From positions 192,001-256,000 of the forward strand of contig CAWHBU010000003.1 in the NCBI GenBank assembly GCA_963827685.1: DNA of 64,000 nt. The letters run 5' to 3'. The position numbers were made by a program, and so were the translations under genes. Shown piece after piece: positions 19,098 to 29,270 of this stretch. The DNA comes from an uncultured delta proteobacterium. Its GTDB lineage: Bacteria > Desulfobacterota > BSN033 > UBA1163. Each line of letters begins with the position of its first letter. Position 1 is the first letter of the stretch. Below the pieces are notes generated by a model, which ran no database searches, had not been told where the DNA came from, and saw nothing but the letters and a program-made list of their open reading frames with translations.

Positions 19098-19868
19098 ATG
19101 GTTGACAAGGAAGCCCCGTTTGCAACTTATCTCCGCGAGATAAGGAAACGATTGATTCTTTCGTTTATTGCTGTGGGAGTGGGTTTCCTGATCTGCTATG
19201 GTTTTTCCGATTCCATTTTCGAGATCCTTACTGCCCCCCTCATTCGAAGTATTCAAAATATCAACGTCCAAAATATCCATGTTGAGAGTACTTTGATTTT
19301 CCGTACTGTGGCCGAAGCCTTCTTTACCTATATGAAGGTGGGCTTCGTCGCCGGCCTGATGTTGGCCTCTCCCTTTGTTCTTTATCAAATCTGGGGACTT
19401 GTGGGCCGCCGCCTGGATCAAGATAAGAAGAGATATGTCCTATCTTTTGTCCTCGCAGGTTCCTTCTTCTTTGCCCTGGGTATTCTTTTCGGATACTTTG
19501 TTGCCCTCCCCTTCGGATGCAAATTTCTTTTGAAGTATGCCTCTCAATCGATCACGCCCATGCCGGATATGAATGAATATCTCTCCTTTAGCGTTAGATT
19601 TTTATTGACTTTCGGCCTGGTCTTCGAATTTCCTATCCTCTTGCTCATTCTGGCAAGAATCGGAGCAATCAACGCGAAGATGTTGGCCCAAAAGAGAAGA
19701 TATGCCATTCTCCTGATCTTCATCTTCGCCCTGGTTATCGCTCCACCCGATATGATCTCGCAGGTACTCATGGCTCTTCCTCTAATGGGGCTCTATGAGG
19801 TGAGCATTCTACTATGTAAAATATTCGAGAAGAAACACGAGGAGATTCTTACAGATGTGTTTAAATGA
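19098..19868 (+). CDS. tatC: Twin-arginine translocase TatC
   Basis: EIRKRL, EAFFTYMK, SPFVLYQIW, FGLVFEFP, PPD, LYE. Confidence 0.93.
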   Translation: MVDKEAPFATYLREIRKRLILSFIAVGVGFLICYGFSDSIFEILTAPLIRSIQNINVQNIHVESTLIFRTVAEAFFTYMKVGFVAGLMLASPFVLYQIWGLVGRRLDQDKKRYVLSFVLAGSFFFALGILFGYFVALPFGCKFLLKYASQSITPMPDMNEYLSFSVRFLLTFGLVFEFPILLLILARIGAINAKMLAQKRRYAILLIFIFALVIAPPDMISQVLMALPLMGLYEVSILLCKIFEKKHEEILTDVFK

Positions 19869-19999
19869 AATATTGACACGCCCGGTTATCTAAGTTAAAG
19901 GAAACCAATCCAGAGGCGAAGCTTTCCTCTGGTTGATGCTTGGTTAATTCTTTTACAGAAAGATGGCCAATTAACGCAGGATAGGTTAGATCTCGCTTA

Positions 20000-20700
20000 A
20001 TGAAATTATCATTCCGATCAAAATGGATGTGGGCAGGAATTATTGGCTTCGTAGGGCTTTTTGCCTTTATTATTTATCGATACAATTCTCAGTTATGGAT
20101 TCTATCAGTCAGACTTTGGGATCTCTTTGAGGATCACCACCGATTAAAAGTATTCATCTCCTCTTTCGGGGTCTATTCTCCTCTGGCTTTTATCCTGCTT
20201 CAAGTTATTCAAGTGGTTGTTGCCCCTATTCCAGGAGGGGCTATAGAATTCTTAGGAGGCTACCTGTTTGGGGTGTGGGCTGGGATGCTCTATTCCATGA
20301 TCGGGCTCATATTGGGGTCCTGGCTTGCCTTCAGCATAGCGAGGATCTTTGAAAAGTGGGCAGTCGAAAAATTTGTTTCACCCAAAACGATAAAAAAATT
20401 TGATTATCTGATTGGTCATGAGGGCGTTATCCTCAGCTTTCTTCTCTTTTTAATCCCAGGATTTCCAAAAGACGCTTTGTGCTACATCTTGGGTCTGACA
20501 CCGATGCATTTAGGCCTTTTCCTGATTATCTCCACTATTGGAAGGATACCCGGAACACTGATGGCTACCCTACAGGAGCGAAGGCTTTTGAGCACCAATA
20601 TAAGCTGTTTTTGATCCTGTCGGCGGCATCCGCACTGGTAATCTTAATCTTTTATATCTACCATGAGCAGATTCATCAATGGATTAAAAGGCTGAGGTAA
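20000..20700 (+). pseudogene. TVP38/TMEM64 (VTT/DedA) membrane protein, frameshifted near 20575
   Basis: QVVVAPIPG, FLIPGFPKD, GRIPG. C-terminus (GAKAFEHQY...) is in another frame, consistent with one missing base; may be an assembly error. Confidence 0.75.
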
Positions 20701-20798
20701 GCTGTGTAGAATAAGAGCGCCCTTCAGATATTGTGAAAACAAAGATTTTCTGAAACTTTGTAGTTTTTGAAATAGAAGAGATATCTAAGGCAGGATTC

Positions 20799-21431
20799 AT
20801 GGATTTAATTAAGGCCTTATTTGAAATCTTAATGCATCTCGATAAACATCTCGATTTGCTCATTCGGAACTACGGTGTTTGGACATATGGGATTCTCTTT
20901 CTCATCATCTTTTTGGAAACCGGATTGGTCGTTACCCCTTTCCTTCCAGGAGACTCCCTGCTTTTTGCCGGAGGCACCTTTGCTGCCCTTGGCTCATTGG
21001 ATACTAAGTGGTTAATCATTTTTCTGTCCATCGCCGCCATTGCAGGAGACACGGTGAATTACTGGATTGGGTACGCTGTCGGTCCAAAGGTATTCACCAA
21101 AGAGAAATCACGTTTCCTAAACAAAAAGCATCTGTATCGCACTCATCGGTTCTATGAAAAATATGGAGGGAAGACAATTATCCTTGCCCGATTCATCCCT
21201 ATCATACGTACTTTTGCACCCTTCGTCGCCGGCATTGGAAGCATGACCTACAGACGTTTTATTATCTACAATATTTCGGGGGGGATTGCCTGGGTTGTGA
21301 TGTTTGTTCTTGGAGGTTATCTCTTTGGAAACATACCGGTCGTCAAGCAGAATTTTTCACTGGTCATCTTTGCCATCATTATTCTTTCTATTCTTCCTGG
21401 TATCATCGAATTCCTTCGCCACCGGGATTAA
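20799..21431 (+). CDS. dedA: DedA family membrane protein
   Basis: [42 protein letters not shown]. Confidence 0.93.
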   Translation: MDLIKALFEILMHLDKHLDLLIRNYGVWTYGILFLIIFLETGLVVTPFLPGDSLLFAGGTFAALGSLDTKWLIIFLSIAAIAGDTVNYWIGYAVGPKVFTKEKSRFLNKKHLYRTHRFYEKYGGKTIILARFIPIIRTFAPFVAGIGSMTYRRFIIYNISGGIAWVVMFVLGGYLFGNIPVVKQNFSLVIFAIIILSILPGIIEFLRHRD

Positions 21432-21437
21432 CCCTTA

Positions 21438-22706
21438 ATGACTCCTACCGTCATTCCAAGAGCTGAACATCCGGTTTCGAGAAAGAGGATCGATGAAGAC
21501 GCTCTCAAAGTCCTCTACCGTCTTCATCATCATGGGTTTTTGGCATACCTCGTAGGAGGAGGCGTCCGGGATCTCCTTCTCGGAAAGGTCCCCAAAGACT
21601 TTGATGTCGCCACGAACGCTCACCCTCATGAGATCAACGCCCTCTTTAAGAATAGTCGCATTATCGGCCGTAGATTTCGACTGGTTCAGGTCTTTTTTAG
21701 GGGAAGAAAGGTGATCGAGGTCGCTACTTGTCGCAGTCACTCGGAATTCGAAGAGACCGTGACCGAAGACGGAAAGATCGCCCGAACGGATAGCTTTGGA
21801 ACACCGGAAGAGGATGCCCTGCGCCGCGACATCACCATTAACGGCCTTTTTTACAATATCGCTAATTTTTCCATTATAGACTATGTCGGTGGAATGGCTG
21901 ACCTCAACCGGCAGGTGATTCGAACCATCGGCGATCCAAATGAAAGATTTAGGCAAGATCCTGTTCGAATGATTCGGGTCATCCGCCATGCCGCCCGAAC
22001 CGGATTCTCTATTGAAGACAAAACTTATGAGGCCATCCTCCATCATCGTGAAGAGATACGAAAATGTTCCCCATCTCGCCTTCGAGATGAGTTCCTGCGG
22101 GAACTGAAAGAAGGCACGGCAAAACCCTCTCTCCAACTGATGCTCCAAACAGGTCTCCTCTTTTCTCTTTTCCCCGATCTCGAGAGGGCTCTTGGAAATC
22201 GCAGCCTTTCTGTGGAAAAGACCCGGCAATTTTTTCTATCTCTCTTCGATCTTGTGGATCAGCTGATCAATACGGGGAGACAGATATCAGAATCGATTCT
22301 TTTCGCCCTCTTTCTAACCCCTTTTCTTCGAGCCGTCACACCTCAACACCTCTTTCTTGGAAAAAGAGAAAAATACTTATACTTGGCACAAACGATCCAT
22401 TGGGCCATCCATCAAATCTTCACTCCATTCTCTTTCCCAAGAGGGGCAAAGGAAATGGCTTACCAGGTTCTAATAGCCCAATCGAATTTAAAGAAATTGA
22501 TGCAAACGGGGGTAATTCCCAAGAGACTGAGAATAAAGAAATATTTCAAGGAGGCAGTTCTTCTGTTTGGGATCGAGGCCCAGGCAAAAGGTGAAAAGAT
22601 CCCTCGCATTCTCCAAAATGCGGTATCCCCTGACTTATTACCGTGGTGGCCAAAAGAAATAAAAAGAAGACACGATACTCGGCACAGGGATAGACGGGAA
22701 CGCTGA
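21438..22706 (+). CDS. pcnB: Poly(A) polymerase I
   Basis: LVGGGVRD, PKDFD, PAP-specific IIGRRFRLVQV, RRDITIN, DPVRMIR. Confidence 0.88.
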   Translation: MTPTVIPRAEHPVSRKRIDEDALKVLYRLHHHGFLAYLVGGGVRDLLLGKVPKDFDVATNAHPHEINALFKNSRIIGRRFRLVQVFFRGRKVIEVATCRSHSEFEETVTEDGKIARTDSFGTPEEDALRRDITINGLFYNIANFSIIDYVGGMADLNRQVIRTIGDPNERFRQDPVRMIRVIRHAARTGFSIEDKTYEAILHHREEIRKCSPSRLRDEFLRELKEGTAKPSLQLMLQTGLLFSLFPDLERALGNRSLSVEKTRQFFLSLFDLVDQLINTGRQISESILFALFLTPFLRAVTPQHLFLGKREKYLYLAQTIHWAIHQIFTPFSFPRGAKEMAYQVLIAQSNLKKLMQTGVIPKRLRIKKYFKEAVLLFGIEAQAKGEKIPRILQNAVSPDLLPWWPKEIKRRHDTRHRDRRER

Positions 22707-22781
22707 ACCATGTGAGGTGCAGGGCTCCGGTCCTTAATCCCACATGGTTCAGGGGGCACACTATGCCCGGGAACAACGTTT

Positions 22782-22930
22782 CTACTTCATCAGTAGATTA
22801 GGAAGCCAAAGAGCAAGCTGTGGGAAGAAGAATAGCAACGTTCCCGCAACGACAAGACTCATTAAAAAAGGGTGAACCCCGCTGTAAATCACACAAAAGG
22901 CATCTCGTTGATTCCCTTGACCAGATAGAC
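22782..22930 (-). pseudogene. C-terminal remnant of a TRAP large permease (DctM-like)
   Basis: VYLVKGINEMPF (one frame) then VIYSGVHPFL...FPQLALWLPNLL (another frame). Confidence 0.6.
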
Positions 22931-22993
22931 GACCATCCTCTTCTTTTTTTATTGCCACCATCATGAGCAAAAGGGGGTAAAAACTTCGGAGCG

Positions 22994-23707
22994 TCACTTC
23001 CCTAGGTAGGCGCGTTTGACTCTCTCGTCTTCTAAGAGAATCTTTGTATCTCCTTGAAGAACCATTTCACCCGTCTCCAACACATATCCAAAGACACCAA
23101 TCTTTAAAGCCGCCCTCGCATTCTGTTCCACCAGAAGGATCGTGGCTCCATCTTTATGCAGTTCCCGGATCACCCGGAAAATCTCCCTTACCATTAAGGG
23201 TGCCAAGCCCATGGAAGGTTCATCCATCATCATTAATTTGGGCCGTGACATCAAGGCTCGTCCAATAGCCAGCATCTGTTGCTCTCCCCCACTCAATGTT
23301 CCGGAGAGCTGCCTATGGCGGTTTTTCAAAATCGGAAAGATTGCATAGACCTTCTCCATGTTCTCCCTGATTTCATCTTTGTGCCTTCTATCAAAGTATA
23401 GGTAGGCCCCTAATTTTAGGTTATCAAGAACAGATAAATGGCCAAAAAGTTGCCTTCCTTCTGGAACGAGACAGATTCCCAAGGCCACGATCTCCCCTGG
23501 AAGGAGTCCTGAGAGGAATTTTGCTTCATAGAGAATACTTCCGTTATATTCCGGTATGAGTCCGGAGATGGTCTTGAGTAGCGTAGTCTTGCCAGCGCCG
23601 TTGGCGCCAATAATGGTGACGATATCCCCTTTTTTGACGGAGATAGAGACGTCCTTCAGGGCTTGAATGGCTCCGTAAAAGGTATTCACTCCCCTTACTT
23701 CAAGCAT
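22994..23707 (-). CDS. livF: Branched-chain amino acid-type ABC transporter ATPase
   Basis: GANGAGKTT, PEGRQLF, LSGGEQQM, DEPSMGL. Confidence 0.92.
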   Translation of the reverse strand: MLEVRGVNTFYGAIQALKDVSISVKKGDIVTIIGANGAGKTTLLKTISGLIPEYNGSILYEAKFLSGLLPGEIVALGICLVPEGRQLFGHLSVLDNLKLGAYLYFDRRHKDEIRENMEKVYAIFPILKNRHRQLSGTLSGGEQQMLAIGRALMSRPKLMMMDEPSMGLAPLMVREIFRVIRELHKDGATILLVEQNARAALKIGVFGYVLETGEMVLQGDTKILLEDERVKRAYLGK

Positions 23708-24494
23708 ACTCGATCTCCACTCCGAGATAGGCATCGATCACTTTCTGATCTATTCTTACCTGTTCCGGTGTTCCCTCGGCAATCTTCTGCCCATAGTTCA
23801 GGACGACAATCTCATCGGAAATGTCCATTACCAAGTCCATATGGTGTTCTACTAAAAGTACTGTAATTCCACTTCCCCGAATTTTTCTGATGATCTCAGC
23901 TATCCTCAACATTTCGGTTTCGTTCAGACCAGCTGCTGGCTCATCTAAGAGGATCAGTTTGGGGTCAGTCGCCAAAGCCCTTGCGACTTCGAGGAGTTTT
24001 CGTTCCCCGAGAGGCAGGTCAGAAGCCGGCTCCTTGGCCTTTTGCATCAAACCGACTAAGTCCAGTTTCTCTTGAGCCGTCTCGAAAATGAACCTCTCCT
24101 CCCTCTTCACTCCTGGGAGCCTCAGCCCAGATCGGATAAGGCCCATTTTTGTTCGGATGTGACGACCCACCATCACATTTTCCAAAACGGTCATATTTCC
24201 GAAGAGTTCAACGGTCTGAAAGGTTCGGGAGATTCCTTTCTGTGCGATGCAATGAGGTTTCTCGCCGTTAATCTCCTTCCCTTTAAACCGGATAGCTCCT
24301 CCTGTGGGAGGGAGGATTCCAGTAATGATGTTAAAGAGGGTGGTCTTTCCAGCGCCGTTTGGCCCGATGATCGCCTTGATCTGGCCAGGCATGACCGCGA
24401 AACTGAGGTCAACGATGGCCATCAGACCCCCGAAGATCTTTTTCAATTGTAAGGTTTCCAGGATAGGGAGTGTCACTATTTTTTCTTTATCCAT
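23700..24494 (-). CDS. livG: Branched-chain amino acid-type ABC transporter ATPase
   Basis: GPNGAGKTT, RTFQ, DEPAAGL, AYLG. Confidence 0.92.
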   Translation of the reverse strand: MDKEKIVTLPILETLQLKKIFGGLMAIVDLSFAVMPGQIKAIIGPNGAGKTTLFNIITGILPPTGGAIRFKGKEINGEKPHCIAQKGISRTFQTVELFGNMTVLENVMVGRHIRTKMGLIRSGLRLPGVKREERFIFETAQEKLDLVGLMQKAKEPASDLPLGERKLLEVARALATDPKLILLDEPAAGLNETEMLRIAEIIRKIRGSGITVLLVEHHMDLVMDISDEIVVLNYGQKIAEGTPEQVRIDQKVIDAYLGVEIEYA

Positions 24495-25417
24495 CTCACC
24501 ATGACAGTCAATCCTTTGAGTATACCTTCTGGCATGAATAGAAGAATGGCCATCAGGATGATTCCATAAATCAAGATGTCAAAATCCTTAAATGCCCTCA
24601 AATATTCCGGTAGGATCGTCAATATCCCTGCTCCCAATAAGGCTCCCCAAATGCTCACTCCTCCTCCAATCACCACCATCATTAATAACAGGATGGAGAC
24701 AAAAAGGCCGAAGGTAGGAGGACTGATAAAGGTGATGAAATGGGCGTAGAGTGATCCTGCAACTGAGGCATAGAGGGCGCTCAGCACGAAAACCTGGATT
24801 TTAAACTGGCTCACATTCACACCCATCGCCTCTGCAGCAATTTCGCTCCCGTGGACCGCCCGTAAGGCCCTCCCAATCCTTGAATGGATGACATTCAGAG
24901 AGAAAATAAGGAGAAGGATTACAATGGTCCAGACCAAATAGAAATATCTTGCCCCTCCTTTGAAGGAATAACCAAAAAAATAAATGGGAGGGATACCAGA
25001 AAGTCCGGATGGCCCACCGGTAATTCCCAAGAGTTCATTGAAGATGATATAAATGATTTCACCGAAGCCGAGTGTAGCCACTGCCAGATAATGGCCCTTC
25101 AATTTTAATGTAGGGATCGCAATGGCCATGGCCATGATCGCGGATAGAAAGAGGCCGCAGAGGAAGGCTGTAAATATTGAGAACCCAAATTTAACAGTAA
25201 GGACTCCGCTACAGTAAGCGCCGATCCCTAAAAAGGCAGCATGGCCCAATGAGATCTGACCAGCATAGCCCATCAGGAGACTCAATCCCATCACGGTGAT
25301 GGCATTGATTCCAATAAAGATCATGATGCTGAGGTAATAATCGCTTCGGATAAAAAAGGGGAAAATACCTAAGCAGATCGTAAGAATGATGAGGGTTCTA
25401 ATATTCTCCTTCCCCAT
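24476..25417 (-). CDS. livM: Branched-chain amino acid-type ABC permease
   Basis: GYAGQISLGHAAF, YLAVATLGF, TGGPSG. Confidence 0.9.
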   Translation of the reverse strand: MGKENIRTLIILTICLGIFPFFIRSDYYLSIMIFIGINAITVMGLSLLMGYAGQISLGHAAFLGIGAYCSGVLTVKFGFSIFTAFLCGLFLSAIMAMAIAIPTLKLKGHYLAVATLGFGEIIYIIFNELLGITGGPSGLSGIPPIYFFGYSFKGGARYFYLVWTIVILLLIFSLNVIHSRIGRALRAVHGSEIAAEAMGVNVSQFKIQVFVLSALYASVAGSLYAHFITFISPPTFGLFVSILLLMMVVIGGGVSIWGALLGAGILTILPEYLRAFKDFDILIYGIILMAILLFMPEGILKGLTVMVRWIKKK

Positions 25418-25429
25418 TTTACCTCATCC

Positions 25430-26323
25430 CTAAAACTTTTTGATCTTGCTGACTTCTTCACTGCCAAAGATGCCACTGGGTTTGAAGCAGAGGATAAAAA
25501 GAAGGATCACTAACGCCACGGCGTCCTTAAATCCGGAATGGACTAAACCAGCTGTAAGGGACTCTAGTATTCCCACAATAAACCCTCCCAGCACTGCACC
25601 ATAACCCACACCCAACCCCCCAAGAACAGCCGCACAGAACCCTTTGACTGCCAATATTGGCCCTCGATCATAATCCATTAAAGAGATAGGCGTGATCACT
25701 ATCCCAGCCACCGCTCCCAAGGCAGCGCTCAATGCAAAAGAGAGGAGAACCATCCTCCTCACATGGATGCCCATCAGGCTTGCAGCCATTGGATTGAAGG
25801 AACAGGCGCTCATTGCTTTCCCGACAATCGTCTTTCCAAAAAAGAGGGTCATTAAGACGACAATGGCCAACGCCGTCCCTAATACCCAAAAGGTTTGAAG
25901 CATAATCACCGCTCCACCAATCATTACCGGGGCTCCCGGGGTGAAGGGGGGGAGGCTATAGGGGTCTTTCCCCCAGATAAACATCGCAATTCCTCGAAAA
26001 AGAATGGATGCGGCAATGGTGACAATGATCAGGGTAAGAAGCGAAGCATTCCTTAAGGGATGGATGGCAAAGCGTTCAAAGAGGGCTCCAATCCCTGTCA
26101 CAGCAATGACTGCCAGAGGAAACCCAACCCAGAGAGGCAGTTTGAGAACCGCCGTCAGAAAAACCATAATCAATCCGCCAAACATCACAAACTCTCCCTG
26201 GGCCAAATTGAGGACAGTTGTTGCATTATAGATGATGTTGAACCCGAGGCCGACCATCGAATAAATCGATCCTATCGTTAAACCGGTGAATAGAAACTGA
26301 AGGATCTGGCTGAACAAGGTCAT
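25430..26323 (-). CDS. livH: Branched-chain amino acid-type ABC permease
   Basis: NLAQGEF, AAVLGGLG, KPSGIFG. Confidence 0.9.
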   Translation of the reverse strand: MTLFSQILQFLFTGLTIGSIYSMVGLGFNIIYNATTVLNLAQGEFVMFGGLIMVFLTAVLKLPLWVGFPLAVIAVTGIGALFERFAIHPLRNASLLTLIIVTIAASILFRGIAMFIWGKDPYSLPPFTPGAPVMIGGAVIMLQTFWVLGTALAIVVLMTLFFGKTIVGKAMSACSFNPMAASLMGIHVRRMVLLSFALSAALGAVAGIVITPISLMDYDRGPILAVKGFCAAVLGGLGVGYGAVLGGFIVGILESLTAGLVHSGFKDAVALVILLFILCFKPSGIFGSEEVSKIKKF

Positions 26324-26343
26324 TTTTCCACAAACCCACTTAT

Positions 26344-26375
26344 AAAAAAGGAGAGGCTAATTGCTCAGCCTCTCC
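26344..26375 (-). terminator. Intrinsic terminator/stabilising hairpin after the binding-protein gene
   Basis: GGAGAGGCT...AGCCTCTCC stem followed by a T-run on the minus strand. Confidence 0.65.
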
Positions 26376-26384
26376 CAATAGTGA

Positions 26385-27587
26385 TTACTTCGCAAACTCC
26401 CACTCGCCCTTGACCACTTCGATCATCTCAAAACCATCGGCCCCAAAACCTGTATGGTCAACAGGCGACATATTGTACATTCCACCTGTGCCTGGCCAGT
26501 AACGTAATTTGGTTTCAAGATAGTCTCTGATCTTTTTCTTATCCGGGCCCACCGCCTTTAATGCATCCGCGACCATCATGACGGCATCATACGCATGACC
26601 TCCAAAGGTGGAGACATCGGTTTTGTATCGCTTCTCATATTCCGTCTTATATTTCAGGATGACCTCTTTCTGGGGATTTTTTGGGTCAACCTTTTCAGCA
26701 TAGAGGACACGTCCAAGAGGAGTAATAACCCCTTCTGCAGCTCCACCCGCCAATTTGATATTACCCTTACTTCCAAACCCGTGGCTCTGAATCAAGGGGA
26801 TCTTCCCTCGCATTCCGAGATCATTCCAGTTCTTTGTCACGATCACTTGGGGGGGGCCGACAGACCAGTTGATCACTGCTTGAGCAGGAGAGGCCTTGAT
26901 CTTTGTCAACTGCACGCTCATATCGGTATCTCTTGGCCCATAGAGTTCATCAGCAACGATTTCAATGCCATATTTGGGAGCCAGTCGCTTTAGTTGCCGA
27001 CGGCCTTCCACCCCGAACCCAGCGCTGACCGTGATGATCGCAACCTTCTTAATCTTCTTAGCCTGGCAATAAATGTAAATCCTTTCCACGGCAGAGGCGT
27101 CAGGTGGAGCAACCTTAAAAATCCAGTACCGTTGTTTCTTTGGAACTTCAAGCCAAGGTGTCGCTGAGGCCTCCATTCTCTTCGTTTCATCCTCCGGTGT
27201 GACAATGGACAAAGCGGCGGCCATGGAGATCATTGGTGTCTGTGCCTGCTCACAGATGGGGACCATGGCCATCGATTCACCGGTCGTAGAGGATCCGATG
27301 ACAACCAGAACATTGTCCTTCTCAATCAACCTCTTGGTTGCCAAAACGGCATCGGCTTCCATGCCTTTCGAATCCTCAATGATGATTTCGATGGGGACAC
27401 CCTTGATCCCGCCTGCGGCATTGATCCACTCTTGAAGCATGATGGCAGTATTCCTTTCTGGTTCGCCCAACCAAGAAGCAGGACCTGTGATGGAAGCCAC
27501 AAAACCAATCTTATAGGCTGCCCATCCAGGGCACACAAAGACTATACACAATACCATTGTTAAAAAAGCAATCCAACTCTTTTTCAT
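26385..27587 (-). CDS. LivK-like ABC substrate-binding protein
   Basis: Signal peptide; SITGPASWLG, INAAGGI, YDAV. Confidence 0.88.
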   Translation of the reverse strand: MKKSWIAFLTMVLCIVFVCPGWAAYKIGFVASITGPASWLGEPERNTAIMLQEWINAAGGIKGVPIEIIIEDSKGMEADAVLATKRLIEKDNVLVVIGSSTTGESMAMVPICEQAQTPMISMAAALSIVTPEDETKRMEASATPWLEVPKKQRYWIFKVAPPDASAVERIYIYCQAKKIKKVAIITVSAGFGVEGRRQLKRLAPKYGIEIVADELYGPRDTDMSVQLTKIKASPAQAVINWSVGPPQVIVTKNWNDLGMRGKIPLIQSHGFGSKGNIKLAGGAAEGVITPLGRVLYAEKVDPKNPQKEVILKYKTEYEKRYKTDVSTFGGHAYDAVMMVADALKAVGPDKKKIRDYLETKLRYWPGTGGMYNMSPVDHTGFGADGFEMIEVVKGEWEFAK

Positions 27588-27936
27588 AAATTTACTCCTT
27601 TCCTAACGTTCTCTTTTCTCGGAATGCTCCTCCATTTCGTCTTCTTCATCTGCTGACGTTCCGTACCAACACCTCCTTTCTTATTAAGTTTCCTATCTGA
27701 TCAGGAGTAAGGGAAAAGACGGGATATTAGAGTTCAATGGACTTTTTTATAGCTCAAATCAGACGAGATGGAAAACGAAAATCCAATTACTAATATGTAT
27801 AGAAACAGAAGTAACTATCTTCGCTGTCTTATTTCGCAACCCAAAACAAGATGGAAAATAACTTTCCTTTTCTACCTCCTGAGCATTTTTTGACAAGCTT
27901 AGATATACTAAACAGAAATCTTTTGTCAAGCAAAAT

Positions 27937-28078
27937 CTATACATATCTTCTTGTCCAGAACCCATGAGGACCATATTTTCTTATGATCCCAAGTTCTGAC
28001 CGAGCAGTAGGTTTCGTCTTCTCAATTCTTCATGCCAACTTCAAATCCCATCCAGTATTCCTAAGAATCTTTTCCTCC
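27937..28078 (-). pseudogene. C-terminal remnant of a CoA-transferase beta subunit (GctB-like)
   Basis: EEKILRNTGWDLKLA*RIEKTKPTARSELGIIRKYGPHGFW, with an internal stop. Confidence 0.6.
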
Positions 28079-28183
28079 GGCGATGACCACGTCCGCCCCT
28101 TCCTGAGCTATCTTCAGTGCAATGCTTCGACCGATCCCATACCCTGCTCCAGTTACTATTGTTCTCTTATCCGCTAACCTCAT
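28061..28183 (-). pseudogene. N-terminal remnant of an SDR oxidoreductase
   Basis: MRLADKRTIVTGAGYGIGRSIALKIAQEGADVVIA then stop (TGxxxGIG motif). Confidence 0.75.
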
Positions 28184-28295
28184 CTTCTCGTCTTTCCAGC
28201 CTTTCTAAAATTAGGGCTGTATCACTCCATTCTCCCATTCGTCTGATAATTCAATGGGATCGATCCTCTATTGTCCGTTTTGAAATCGGAGCCCC

Positions 28296-29270
28296 TCAAG
28301 AGAAACTCGCCTCAGCCTTCTTGGGAGTAATGAGTCTACGAATCCTCGATGCCATCTCCACCAGCCCTCCAGGCAGAAGCAAAACGACTAGAATAAAGAG
28401 GGTGCCAAAGATGAAGACATGAAGCTCCGGGAAGGTCCGTGCAAACAATTCCTTGAAGATTGCATAGAAAAAAGATCCGATAATTGGACCGACAATCGTA
28501 CCTACTCCTCCCACAAAGGTGATCAGAAGGGCATCAAAGGTCCAGGTAGGACTGAAAGGTAGATCATAATAATAGCTGACATGATAAAAGGCAAAAGCTC
28601 CCCCTGTTAACCCAGCGAAGAAAGTGCTAATGGCCAAGGCAATGACCTTCTGCCGAAAGGGGTTCACCCCTGACGCTTTTGCTGCTTCTTCATCCTCTCG
28701 TACAGCCACCATCCCTAATCCCGACTTAGAATGACTGATCAGATAGACCGCGGCGACCGTGATGACGGCCAAGATCAAAAAGAGGTAATAACGTGGGATA
28801 AGATTATAAGTAGCGATGTAATCGCCGGGTAGATCAGCGACGGTGGGAAGGACATTGCCAACAGTGATCTTTAATATTTGAGCCAGACCAAGGGTACCAA
28901 TAGCAAAGTAGATGCCCCTTAAGCGGAGTGCAGAATGGCCAATGATCAGAGCAAAGATCACAGCCACCACTCCGCCGGCTAGAAAAGCCAAAAAGAATGG
29001 AGTCCCCCACACCCATAACAAGCGTGTGGTAATGGCTCCCAATCCAAAGAAGGCGGCATGTCCCAAACTGACTTGCCCTGCATAGCCAGCAAGGATATTC
29101 CAACTCTGGGCTAAGCAGATATATAAGAAGATGAGGACCATTAAATTGATGAGATCATTTCTTTTCGTCAACAAGGGGACAAGGGCGAGCAAAATGGCAA
29201 TCCCTAAACTTAATAAAAAGATCTTCCTTTGACTGGACAACTTATCCTCCTTACCCAATTCTCTTGCCAA
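28296..29270 (-). CDS. livM: Branched-chain amino acid-type ABC permease
   Basis: WNILAGYAGQVSLGHAAFFG, YFAIGTL, VREDE. Confidence 0.9.
   Translation of the reverse strand: MARELGKEDKLSSQRKIFLLSLGIAILLALVPLLTKRNDLINLMVLIFLYICLAQSWNILAGYAGQVSLGHAAFFGLGAITTRLLWVWGTPFFLAFLAGGVVAVIFALIIGHSALRLRGIYFAIGTLGLAQILKITVGNVLPTVADLPGDYIATYNLIPRYYLFLILAVITVAAVYLISHSKSGLGMVAVREDEEAAKASGVNPFRQKVIALAISTFFAGLTGGAFAFYHVSYYYDLPFSPTWTFDALLITFVGGVGTIVGPIIGSFFYAIFKELFARTFPELHVFIFGTLFILVVLLLPGGLVEMASRIRRLITPKKAEASFS

Noticed and set aside
22690-22780. 6S RNA
   Set aside because: Only one local hairpin; no long closing stem or central bubble identified, and it overlaps the pcnB end.
28031-28033. In-frame TGA in the CoA-transferase fragment as selenocysteine
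   Set aside because: Not in a redox or Cys motif, no SECIS-like hairpin seen, and the fragment has no start.
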